Shown here: positions 9,306-18,525 of the stretch, piece by piece
Position numbering within the stretch: position 1 is the stretch's first letter
How the letters are laid out: every line of letters begins with the position of its first letter
From: an uncultured archaeon
Lineage (GTDB): Archaea > Asgardarchaeota > Thorarchaeia > Thorarchaeales > Thorarchaeaceae
Length of the DNA: 32,000 nucleotides
Reading direction: 5' to 3'
Assembly: GCA_964354495.1 (NCBI GenBank)
Contig: CAYHAA010000019.1
Location: 1 to 32,000 of the forward strand
Notes under the pieces: generated by a model
Database searches by the model: none
Seen by the model: the letters and a program-made list of their open reading frames with translations, nothing else
What the model was told of the DNA's origin: nothing
Made by a program: the position numbers and the translations under genes

Positions 9306-9608
9306 GTGATTCACCCGGCCATTAGGATGATACACCCAGAGATAAGCTTTAGTCCATGCAGTTGTCGATAGCATCAGGCCCGTGTCTTGCTGCTCGGAAT
9401 CCAAAATACTCAACCTAGTGATGAGCAAGGTGCTCTAAGGGAAACGAAGGTAGATTCCTAGAATTCCACTGCATCAATCAAAAGGACCGCAATCAGCAAG
9501 TCATGCGCACTCCGTTGGTATCATCGAGTGTTTCTTCTTCTAGGATGGTTATTTGGGCGACCCAGAAAACTCATATGCAGCGCATAATGTGTGCGGCACT
9601 CGTTAGAA

Positions 9609-11219
9609 ATGACAGAAATTTGGATCATAGTATTCGAGATTGTCGGCGGCCTAGCCCTATTCATGTTCAGTATCAATCTTCTCAGAGAAACCCTTGGGAA
9701 AACCTCTGGGAAGGCTGTTGCCAAAGTTCTAGAAAAAGTGAGTAATGATCCACTTCGAGGCATGGCTGCAGGTGCGGCAGCGACGGTCATGACTCAGAGC
9801 TCCAGTATTACGGTTCTAACATTGATTGGTTTTGTCAATGCAGGCATAATGACATTTAGACAGTCAGTCAATATGATACTGGGGGCAGAAATAGGAACAA
9901 CTGCGGTCGCTCAGCTCGTTTCATTTGATATCGGCGACATATTTTGGCCTCTCATAGCTTCAGGTTTCTTCATGAAGCTGCTTTCAAAGAGAGAGAAAGT
10001 GCAGCTAGTTGGGACCATCATCTTCAGTCTCGGTCTCCTGTTTTTATCAATGGAGTTCATGAAAGATGGAGCAGCTCCACTCACAACTGAATATCCGTTC
10101 TTCAGGAGCCTCATCAATGATTACGGAGCAATACCGATACTCGGGATTCTAATCGGTGCGCTCATCGCAGGAATCACACAGGCTAGCGCTGCAGCAGTCA
10201 GTCTTGTCATCGCGATGGGAGCAGTGGGTGCGATAGATCTAGGTCCTGGAATTGCGATTGTCTTGGGTGCCAACATTGGGACGTGTTTTCTAGAACTGTT
10301 TGCGGGAGTAGGAGCTACGAGCCCGGCAAAACGAACAGCGTTGGCTCAGGCGCTCATTAATGTCACGGGAGTGGCCATATTCCTACCATTTCTGGGGTAT
10401 TATACCAACCTGGTCATGGCAACTTCAGCTGACCTCCCCCATCAAATAGCCAATGCCCATACAATATTCAACGTTATCGTGAGTTTCCTATTTGTCCCTT
10501 TGGTCGGCCTTGTTGTTAAACTCTGCGAGAAGCTAATTCCAGACAAGGAGGGAGAAGTGATTGGAAAGCACTTCTTCGATAATGAGATGCTGCACTATCC
10601 TGTGTTGGCTTTGATGGAATCAGAACGCGAAACCATAAGGACAGCCGAGAAGACCATTGAAATGATTCTTCTCAGCAAGACTGCTCTCATCGATAGAAAC
10701 CTCGAGGATGCAAGAAAGGTCATGCTGCTCGAGGATGAGGTCGATGAAGCCTGTCGGGCCACAGAAGATTTCATAGACAAGATTAGAGAGGAAGAGCTCA
10801 ATCAGAAAGAAGCCATCTGGAGAGTCAAGCTACTGGCTATTCTCACAGATGTCGAGCGTGTTGGCGACTTGGCATCGAATATCGGAGAGTTCGTTCTTTA
10901 CAAATTGCAGAGTGGTGTGACATTCTCAAAAGAGGGTATTAACGACCTCAAACAGATGTTCGACCTAGCTGAGGAAACCTATTGGACCGCCATAGAATCG
11001 CTCAAGACGAAAGACAAGGATCTGGCCACAAAGGCGGAGAAACTTGAGGACAGAGTGGACAACCTGGAGAGAAGACTCAAGGAGTCTCACATCACACGCA
11101 TGCGAGAGGGGATATGCGATCCTCAAGCTGACCAGATATACGTCGAGACCCTGCGAAATCTTGAGAGAGTGGGTGACCATGCCGATAACATCGCGTACGA
11201 TGTCATCAAGAACACCTAG
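9609..11219 (+). CDS. Na+/phosphate cotransporter family protein with C-terminal PhoU-like domains
   Basis: GGLALF, TQSSS and GAEIGTT in repeat 1, GANIGT in repeat 2; IANAHTIFN; two PhoU-like repeats (ERVGDLASNI, ERVGDHADNI). Start 9609 is preferred over 9591. Confidence 0.92.
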   Translation: MTEIWIIVFEIVGGLALFMFSINLLRETLGKTSGKAVAKVLEKVSNDPLRGMAAGAAATVMTQSSSITVLTLIGFVNAGIMTFRQSVNMILGAEIGTTAVAQLVSFDIGDIFWPLIASGFFMKLLSKREKVQLVGTIIFSLGLLFLSMEFMKDGAAPLTTEYPFFRSLINDYGAIPILGILIGALIAGITQASAAAVSLVIAMGAVGAIDLGPGIAIVLGANIGTCFLELFAGVGATSPAKRTALAQALINVTGVAIFLPFLGYYTNLVMATSADLPHQIANAHTIFNVIVSFLFVPLVGLVVKLCEKLIPDKEGEVIGKHFFDNEMLHYPVLALMESERETIRTAEKTIEMILLSKTALIDRNLEDARKVMLLEDEVDEACRATEDFIDKIREEELNQKEAIWRVKLLAILTDVERVGDLASNIGEFVLYKLQSGVTFSKEGINDLKQMFDLAEETYWTAIESLKTKDKDLATKAEKLEDRVDNLERRLKESHITRMREGICDPQADQIYVETLRNLERVGDHADNIAYDVIKNT

Positions 11220-11224
11220 ATCCC

Positions 11225-12673
11225 TCATGGGCTGTTGTCGCTCTTTTCGGAGTGCTTCTGGCCAAGGCTTCCTGCTTGTGTCATGCGTTTGGCCGAGAGT
11301 ATGAAGTCCAGCCACTTTTCATCCAAAAGCCCCTCCTCCAGGACAATCTCTCGAATAGGGCGACCTGTGTCTAGTGCCTTCTTTGCTATACGTGATGAAG
11401 CTTCGTACCCCAAGACGGGATTAAGGGCCGTGACTAGGCCGATACTACGGTGAACAATATCCAGACCTGCGGCGTTGGGTTTGATCCCTTTGATGCATTT
11501 GTCCGTGAGAATCGGAATTGCATTCTTCAGAACCTTCAATGCCTGGAAGAAGTTGTAGGCTATCACTGGTTCAAATGCATTCAGCTCCAACTGACCCGCT
11601 TGTGACGCTATGGTGATAACAAGATCATGTCCCATGACTTGAAATGCCACTTGTGTGACCATTTCGGGAATAACTGGGTTCACTTTTCCCGGCATGATAG
11701 AAGAACCGGGCTGGACAGGTGGAAGTATGATCTCGTGAAATCCGCCAACTGGTCCAGAGGACAACAAGATGAGATCACCACAGATCTTACCGAGATTAGT
11801 CGCAAGGACCCGTAGCAGTCCTGATGCATGAGCAAACTCATCAGAGTTTTGAGTGTCGTCAATGAGATTCTCAGCTGTTGTAAGCTCCTGAATACCGGTC
11901 ACTTCGATAAGATGCTTCTCAGCAAGTTCGATATACTCCGGGTCTGCATTCAACGATGTGCCAATTGCAGTTGCGCCGATGTTGTGGGTCTTCAAGACTT
12001 CCTTGGCGGCAGTGATTCGCTGCAGATCCCTCTTGAGAGCACTAGACCACGCAGAGAATTCTTGCCCAAGGGTTATGGGGACTGCATCTTGCATCTCAGT
12101 CCGGCCGAGCTTCAGAATGTCCTTAAACTCCCGCGACTTCTCTTCCAATGCTTCAATCAGCCTAGTGAAACCTGCAGATAATTCTCTCAACCCATAGATT
12201 GTCGCAATCTTGATAGCCGTTGGATAGACGTCGTTCGTAGACTGAGAGAGATTGACGTGGTCATGTGATGAGATGGGAGTCATTGAATTGCGTTGCTCTC
12301 CAAGCAGCTCATTGGCTCGTGAGGCGATCACTTCATTCACGCACATATTCGTAGAGGTCCCGGCGCCGCCCTGAAGCATATCGACAACGAATTGGTCTAG
12401 GAGGCTTCCTGCAATAATCTCGTCACAGGCATTCACGATAGCTTCCGCGTAGTCAGGACTGAGATGTCCAAGGTCCAGATTCGCCAGTGTGCAAGCCTTC
12501 TTCACCATTGCCGTCGCTACGACAAGGGCGGGATATTTGTAGAGGCTGACTTGTGATACACCAAAGTTCTCCTGAGCACGGAGAGTTTGAATTCCCCAAT
12601 ATGCACTCTTTGGAACCTGTCGAGTCCCAAGTAGGTCGCGTTCTTCCCGGAATTCACCTTCTTCTCCACTCAA
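11225..12673 (-). CDS. aspA: Aspartate ammonia-lyase (class II fumarase/aspartase superfamily)
   Basis: GGAGTSTNM, SQSTNDVYPTA and the GSSIMPGKVNP signature loop. TTG 12673 follows AGGTGA; the longer 12850 start would overlap ggt. Confidence 0.85.
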   Translation of the reverse strand: MSGEEGEFREERDLLGTRQVPKSAYWGIQTLRAQENFGVSQVSLYKYPALVVATAMVKKACTLANLDLGHLSPDYAEAIVNACDEIIAGSLLDQFVVDMLQGGAGTSTNMCVNEVIASRANELLGEQRNSMTPISSHDHVNLSQSTNDVYPTAIKIATIYGLRELSAGFTRLIEALEEKSREFKDILKLGRTEMQDAVPITLGQEFSAWSSALKRDLQRITAAKEVLKTHNIGATAIGTSLNADPEYIELAEKHLIEVTGIQELTTAENLIDDTQNSDEFAHASGLLRVLATNLGKICGDLILLSSGPVGGFHEIILPPVQPGSSIMPGKVNPVIPEMVTQVAFQVMGHDLVITIASQAGQLELNAFEPVIAYNFFQALKVLKNAIPILTDKCIKGIKPNAAGLDIVHRSIGLVTALNPVLGYEASSRIAKKALDTGRPIREIVLEEGLLDEKWLDFILSAKRMTQAGSLGQKHSEKSDNSP

Positions 12674-12737
12674 TTCTATCACCTGTTCAAGCACCAGTCT
12701 AGTGCTTTCTTGGTTGATTAATCTCTTGGTAGCGAAG

Positions 12738-14318
12738 CTAGAATCCAGCGGCTTGCCCGTCCTTTCTGTAGTCTGATCCGGCAATCCAGGAGTCCTCGAT
12801 TCGAAGAATAGCCTGCCCACCACCAAAGACCGATGCAGCATCACGAACAATCACATGGCCAAGACGACGTAGTTCGCTTCGAACTTTGGAAGGAATTGCG
12901 TTCTCCAGAGCAACAAGGTTCCTCTCGTGATTATGGTTGAATCGGGGATGATCGAGGGCTGCCTGTGGCCACATCTCATAGTCGACAAGGTTGCTCACGA
13001 ACTGGGCATGTGCCTGAGCTTGATGTGCGCCACCCATTATACCGAATACGCCCACGAAATCTCCATCGCGGTACAATGCCCCAGGAATGATAGTATGAAA
13101 CGGCAGTTTCCTAGGTGCATAGCAGTTTGGGTGCCTTGAATCCAATGAGAATAGGTTCCCTCTGTTCTGAAGCTTGATTCCAGTACCGGGCACAACTAGA
13201 CCACTGCCAAAGCCCATATATAGGCTGTTGATGAATGATACTGCTCTTCCATCCCCATCTGCAGTTGCAAGATACACAGTATCTCCGCCTACAGGTATTC
13301 CTGATTCATACTCGGCCATTGAGAACGTCTTACTGATGAGCTTCGATCGTTCACGCGCATATTCCTTGGAAAGCATCTTTTCCATCGGGGCATCATAGAA
13401 TGACGGGTCTGCATTGTGTTGATGCAGGTCTGCGTAGGCAAGCTTCTTCGCTTCTATCATCAGATGATAACGCTGTGCAGAGAGAGAGGCGTATTCTGAG
13501 AATTCAAACTGCTCCATCAGATTGAGCATGATGAGCGCGGCAAATCCTTGTCCATTGGGCGGATGCTCAAAGATTTCCATTCCGCGGTAACCCGAAGAGA
13601 CAGGAATGGTCTCTTGGGTCTTGTGCGATTCGAGATCTTCGACAGTGAGAAATCCATGATGTTTCTGAACTGTACTAGCAATGGATTCTGCGATCTCACC
13701 CGAATAAAATGCCTGCAATCCTTCAGCAGCCACCAACTCGAATGTTCGTGCGAGGTCCGGATTCCGCATCGTTTCGCCCAGTCTTGGAGCTCTACCATCG
13801 ATGGTGTAGGTTTGTCGAGCTTCATCATTGACCAGCGCGCCTACCAGATTCGACCAACTCTGAGCAATCAGATATGAAACCGGAAACCCATCATGTGCAT
13901 AATGAATTGCAGGAGCGAGGACTTCACTCATCTCGAGGGTCCCATAGGTCTCCACCAAATGAAACCACATATGCATTGCACCAGGAACTGTGACCGGGGA
14001 ACCACCCCTTAGCGGCATCGACGTCCACTCCTTTTCCAGCAGATCATCTAGTGTGACAAGCGACCCGGACCTCCCGGAGCCATTGATACTGAGTGGCCGA
14101 CCTTTTCCAGGAAGGTGAATGAGTGCAAAGGCATCGCCTCCGCAACCAGTGCTAAAAGGTTCTACGACATCCAGGACCGCAGCTGTGGTCACTGCCGCAT
14201 CGATAGCATTTCCACCCCTCCGCATAATCTCAAGACCGGCCTGCGTCGCAAGGGGTTGTGAGGAAGCAACGACTCCCTGTTTAGCAAGGACATCTGATCC
14301 ACCTGCGGGTTTCTGCAA
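12738..14318 (-). CDS. ggt: Gamma-glutamyltransferase family protein
   Basis: GGNAIDAAV, GCGGDAF, VTVPGA, nucleophile segment GDTVYL, NSLYMGFGSG, LQNRG and GSDYRKDGQAAGF. Confidence 0.93.
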   Translation of the reverse strand: MQKPAGGSDVLAKQGVVASSQPLATQAGLEIMRRGGNAIDAAVTTAAVLDVVEPFSTGCGGDAFALIHLPGKGRPLSINGSGRSGSLVTLDDLLEKEWTSMPLRGGSPVTVPGAMHMWFHLVETYGTLEMSEVLAPAIHYAHDGFPVSYLIAQSWSNLVGALVNDEARQTYTIDGRAPRLGETMRNPDLARTFELVAAEGLQAFYSGEIAESIASTVQKHHGFLTVEDLESHKTQETIPVSSGYRGMEIFEHPPNGQGFAALIMLNLMEQFEFSEYASLSAQRYHLMIEAKKLAYADLHQHNADPSFYDAPMEKMLSKEYARERSKLISKTFSMAEYESGIPVGGDTVYLATADGDGRAVSFINSLYMGFGSGLVVPGTGIKLQNRGNLFSLDSRHPNCYAPRKLPFHTIIPGALYRDGDFVGVFGIMGGAHQAQAHAQFVSNLVDYEMWPQAALDHPRFNHNHERNLVALENAIPSKVRSELRRLGHVIVRDAASVFGGGQAILRIEDSWIAGSDYRKDGQAAGF

Positions 14319-14431
14319 TTACGGACTTCAGTCCTCCTTTGAAGATTCTTGAGTCTTCCAGTCCTTCATTATACGATATGTAGTCACAGAGACTTGGCCG
14401 GACATATCTTTTAAAAGATGAGGTTTGCCGC

Positions 14432-14980
14432 TTGGAGAGTCCCAGAATAGCAAGCCAAAAGGTTAAACCCAAGGCATGCTCTGGAAACGTGGTGCACCTT
14501 ATGAAAGGACGACTTGATAACAAGAAACTCGATACAGGTGAAGGAATAATTGTTGAAGCCTCCCTGGACATCATTAGGAAAGCCGCTGAGAAGGTTTTGT
14601 TCGAGTTCAGTGAAACTCTTGTTACATCTGACGGCGAGAAAGGGAAGCCTGCAGAAGACGTAAGTATAGGAGACTCGGTTCTCTTTGAAGAAGACATCAA
14701 ACCCTGTCCTCCTGAAATAGTGGTGACCAAGGTAGCAGAGAACACTTGGTATGTGATTTCCACAAGTGATATACCAACGGGCGGATACCCATCAGGGGTA
14801 GATGCGACGCGTGCAGCTCAAGCAGAGGAGAGGAGACTTCGGATTATCAAAGAATACTTATCGAAGTCAAAAGCTGTGAAGAAGGTAGAAGATGTTCGAG
14901 ACTGGGAGCCTGACATGCGAGCTGAAGCAATTGACGTTCTTAGCATCATCAATTCTGCGTCAAGAAAGTGGATGCACTGA
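14432..14980 (+). CDS. Hypothetical soluble protein
   Basis: 182 aa, TTG start with GAGGT upstream; fills the gap between ggt and the signal peptidase; no motif recognised. Confidence 0.7.
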   Translation: MESPRIASQKVKPKACSGNVVHLMKGRLDNKKLDTGEGIIVEASLDIIRKAAEKVLFEFSETLVTSDGEKGKPAEDVSIGDSVLFEEDIKPCPPEIVVTKVAENTWYVISTSDIPTGGYPSGVDATRAAQAEERRLRIIKEYLSKSKAVKKVEDVRDWEPDMRAEAIDVLSIINSASRKWMH

Positions 14981-15039
14981 AACACCTTTTTCGTCAGTTT
15001 TATTAGAGCTGCCAAAGGGCTGAATATGGAGTTCTCACC

Positions 15040-15600
15040 ATGGAGAGAGCACGTCGAGCCTTGAAATGGAATGAACGGTCGGAACTTGTAAAGACCGTGT
15101 TTGTCATTCTGATAATCGTGGGGGTCACTCTAGGCGCCTTTGGTGCCTTCGCTCTAGCCATGGGAACTTCAAGCCCCCTTGTTGTAGTCGAAAGTGAGTC
15201 GATGATTCCCACGCTGGAGAGAGGGCATCTGCTGGTACTTCAGGCGCAATCTCCAGAGGCCATCGATGTGGGAGACATCATTGTCTACACTGCAGCATGG
15301 CACGACAAGCCAATTGTGCATAGAGTCGTTGAAAGGCAACTCGTAGGAAGCGAATATCGCTATTTCACGCAGGGCGACAACAATTCCGTCAGGGACCCAG
15401 GCTATCGTATCTATGGGGACATCGTTGGCGTAGTGATTCTCGCAATTCCATATCTGGGTCATGTGACGCTGTTTCTTCACGAGCCATACGGCATCGCTAT
15501 CGTTATAGTGGTCTTCGTCGCACTGTTCATCCTACCGGAGCTTCTTTCCAAGAACAAGAAAGAAGAGAAGAAGCCATCCTCTGAAGATGCAGTTACATAG
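15040..15600 (+). CDS. sec11: Signal peptidase I, archaeal/eukaryotic Sec11 type (S26B)
   Basis: TM anchor, catalytic Ser in SESMIPT, His in PIVHRV, TQGDNN..RD motif, C-terminal TM segments. Confidence 0.93.
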   Translation: MERARRALKWNERSELVKTVFVILIIVGVTLGAFGAFALAMGTSSPLVVVESESMIPTLERGHLLVLQAQSPEAIDVGDIIVYTAAWHDKPIVHRVVERQLVGSEYRYFTQGDNNSVRDPGYRIYGDIVGVVILAIPYLGHVTLFLHEPYGIAIVIVVFVALFILPELLSKNKKEEKKPSSEDAVT

Positions 15601-15713
15601 CGTCTTATGGATGGACACTATTTCTAACACTTCTTTCGATTCGTATGAAAATGCCACTCCTGCATCAGCTGCTTCATAGATTCACTCGTATTGAAGCGAA
15701 TCGCTGAGGATGT

Positions 15714-17282
15714 TCATCCCACAAATAGAGCGTCCACGAAGCCCGTAAAAGCCTCCGCATACCCATGAGGCAATCTGCTGCTGCTAGTGTCCTGGACCAG
15801 TGATGTTGCAGTTTCACTATTCAAGCGAAGGACAAGCAGCTTAGATCCGATCTCATCAACAAGTGAATTGAACTTTGCACCCTTAGTTGCAGCAGGAACT
15901 GCGATGATGGCACACTTTATTGTGTTGTCATCCAGAATGGTCTTGAGCCGTTTTCCTGCGTAAAAAGCAGTGACTCCGCCACTACGGTCCCAATCCTTAA
16001 CATTGGGCACATCAATCCCGATGTGCTGAATTGATTCGCCTTTGAATAGCTCAACGATTGTGGCTTTTTGTTTTTGACCATCATCTGGCGTCATCTGAAG
16101 ATGGACACCAATCCCAAGTGGTGCTCCAGCAAGAGTGAGGGCTTCAACCATGGTGTTTGTCAGCACATTCGCTGTGAGTTTAATCACGTGATCATCCTGC
16201 TCGGCAAGTTTCTCCATCGGCCTATCAGACAACAGCGCGTCCAATTTCGGAATAAGCTGTTTGATTACTTCTCGTGGAATTCCGTCGGAATGCTGGAGAG
16301 CTTCATCGATGTCGCTCTCACTGAACGGGAATAATGCTGATGGAGGGGGCTGTACATTCTGCAGTCGCCAGTATCTGGCCATGCTCTCCTTAACAAAAGC
16401 TGATACGTCATCACGTGAGAAGGGCGCCAGTTCCACAGGCGGTTCCATTCGAGACCTCATCGGACCATCTGCAACACCATAGATCCGTTGCCATACCTCA
16501 GTCAGGCAAGAGGCGACAATTACAATGTTCTTTGATTCATTATAGATTCTTTTCAGAACCTCCAAGAAGTGACGCTCACCTGTTTCTCCATATGTGTTGT
16601 AGGGTCCTTCCATCTCATCCACAAAGAGGAGCAGAGGCACGTCAGAGCCTTCAGCTAAGAGCTTAATCGTTGCCAGAGTAACGTCGTCCTCCTCCAGAAT
16701 GGTACGAACTCCAAGATGCTCAAGGTCATCATCGCTCAGCGCATCTCCAAGCAACCATCGTCTGGCCAAGTATCTGGCTGCAGGATCAAGACGATATCTC
16801 AGAAGAGCTTTCACAACGTCTGCAGAGATGCCAGGATAGTCGATCAATAGCCTTTCGAAGGCGTAAGTATAGTCATACATATCACGGGATACGCCCTTCA
16901 CTCCTCCGAATTTCATTATCAACATGTCAATAGCTTGTTCAAAGAGCCGGTCACCGGCCTCATCGACAATGCAGGCATGCAGGTGTAGTGGAACTCGAAC
17001 GGGAGAAGGGGGTGAAGGGACATATACTGCAAGAAACCTGCCAGCCGCAAAGTAGTCTTCCTGATCCTTCAGGGCCCAATACAGATGCGTCTTTCCAATT
17101 CCAGCGTTGCCTAGAATAGGCTGGAAGCGTGGAGTGGAATCCTTCATGGTGAATCTTACTGCTTTTAGAATCGCGCGATCTGCACCCTTGTGAGGACTTG
17201 GAATATCAATCTCATCTCTCATATCGCCTCGAGATACGAATCGTTTTAGGGGCGGGTCCTCTCGGAGAATCTCAAGATACAT
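15714..17282 (-). CDS. AAA+/P-loop ATPase with BrxD/DUF2791-like core and an extra C-terminal alpha/beta domain
   Basis: Walker A GNAGIGKT, Walker B LLLFVDEME, likely Arg finger in RSRM; the RWLLGD..LG segment before Walker B resembles DUF2791. Confidence 0.8.
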   Translation of the reverse strand: MYLEILREDPPLKRFVSRGDMRDEIDIPSPHKGADRAILKAVRFTMKDSTPRFQPILGNAGIGKTHLYWALKDQEDYFAAGRFLAVYVPSPPSPVRVPLHLHACIVDEAGDRLFEQAIDMLIMKFGGVKGVSRDMYDYTYAFERLLIDYPGISADVVKALLRYRLDPAARYLARRWLLGDALSDDDLEHLGVRTILEEDDVTLATIKLLAEGSDVPLLLFVDEMEGPYNTYGETGERHFLEVLKRIYNESKNIVIVASCLTEVWQRIYGVADGPMRSRMEPPVELAPFSRDDVSAFVKESMARYWRLQNVQPPPSALFPFSESDIDEALQHSDGIPREVIKQLIPKLDALLSDRPMEKLAEQDDHVIKLTANVLTNTMVEALTLAGAPLGIGVHLQMTPDDGQKQKATIVELFKGESIQHIGIDVPNVKDWDRSGGVTAFYAGKRLKTILDDNTIKCAIIAVPAATKGAKFNSLVDEIGSKLLVLRLNSETATSLVQDTSSSRLPHGYAEAFTGFVDALFVG

Positions 17283-17446
17283 ATTATTGTCAAACTCATT
17301 GGATGAATTGGTTGGCGCGCTAATCGTTATCAGCCTCCTAGCGGTCTTTGAAATACGCGGCTAGTCATTTGAATTTACCTAAGCTCCATACCGACGCACC
17401 AGTAGCATTATCTAATGGTCATATTGTCAAGTCATAGGCGACAGCT

Positions 17447-17890
17447 GTGAAAGATTCACTTGATCTCTTGAAGAACGTGACCAGCAATTTGAATATTGGA
17501 GTAGTCGTCGTTGACAATGACAACCGCATTATCTTCTTCAACAGGCTTGCTGGAGAGATGCTCCAGCAGGAACCAGAGAGCAGGATTGGGTCTTCAATAA
17601 TGCGATGTCATGGCAAGGTGTCTGAGGCACCTGTTGCCAAGATGATTTCGGACCTCAGAAACAGAGTCATGGACCACTATGAGGGGTGGGTGAACTTCAA
17701 GGGTCGCATGCTTTACGAATACATCTATCCCATATGGAACTCAAATGGCGAATGTCTCGCAATAATCGAAGAATTGCATGATGCAGCTGAGAAGGCAGAA
17801 TACCTGAAAATGCAGGGGAAATGGAAAGATATTCATGTTTCAGGACTCGGAGAGAAATCGCCACGTAGTCCACACGAGCGGGTCCCGTAG
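17447..17890 (+). CDS. Stand-alone PAS domain protein
   Basis: 147 aa, GTG after AGGCGA; PAS N-terminus GVVVVDNDNRIIFFNRLA; IGSSIMRCH resembles PAS_10-type domains. Confidence 0.8.
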   Translation: MKDSLDLLKNVTSNLNIGVVVVDNDNRIIFFNRLAGEMLQQEPESRIGSSIMRCHGKVSEAPVAKMISDLRNRVMDHYEGWVNFKGRMLYEYIYPIWNSNGECLAIIEELHDAAEKAEYLKMQGKWKDIHVSGLGEKSPRSPHERVP

Positions 17891-17955
17891 ACGATGTAGA
17901 GAGCAGTATGAAAGTGATGCAGCTTGAGATGAGCTGCGGATCTGACAGTATTCAA

Positions 17956-18525
17956 CTAAGGTATGGTTCTTACAGTGAATTCAGGATTCGCTCTAAAGAA
18001 GTCCTCTCGGAGAATGTCCATATACAGCAGTTCCTTGAACCCACCATCGAGGAACTCGCTCTCACGCAGTATGCCAACACGTTTGAAGCCGACCTTCTCA
18101 TAGACATGAATTGCTCTTTCATTATCGGCCATTGTATCTAGGTAGATGCTATGTAGACCAAGTATTTGGAAACCGACCCAAATGATAACGCGTATTGCAT
18201 CCGTGCCGTACCCTCGTGACAAATGAGCTGGATTGTGAATAGATACTCCAAGCTCCGCCCGGTTATGGGGCTTTACAATGTGCTCAAGATGAATAAAACC
18301 TAGGAACTCTCCGCACTGTTTGTCAGTGATTGATAGCTCTAAGAGTCCATCTGCCCACGGGTCAGAAGATCCTCGCTCCTGTAAACGCTGCTCAAGACAA
18401 TGTCTCGATCTTGGAATTGGCACGCCCAGAAACCTGCGGAGTTCTAGCTGATTATAGTGTTTCATCACCTGATTCAGATCAGAGTCTTCAATGGCCCTAA
18501 GGCAAACCAAGTCGCCATAGTACAT
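17956..18525 (-). CDS. RimJ/RimL-type GNAT N-acetyltransferase
   Basis: LRAIEDSD, AELGVSI, RGYGTDA, NERAIHVYEKVGFKRVGILRE. Confidence 0.9.
   Translation of the reverse strand: MYYGDLVCLRAIEDSDLNQVMKHYNQLELRRFLGVPIPRSRHCLEQRLQERGSSDPWADGLLELSITDKQCGEFLGFIHLEHIVKPHNRAELGVSIHNPAHLSRGYGTDAIRVIIWVGFQILGLHSIYLDTMADNERAIHVYEKVGFKRVGILRESEFLDGGFKELLYMDILREDFFRANPEFTVRTIP

Noticed and set aside
12674-12850. 59-aa N-terminal extension of AspA in the ORF track
   Set aside because: It overlaps the 3' end of ggt on the same strand, and a good SD precedes TTG 12673.
15714-17282. A BREX defence system
   Set aside because: No pglX, pglZ, brxC or other defence genes are adjacent; only a BrxD-like ATPase core is present.
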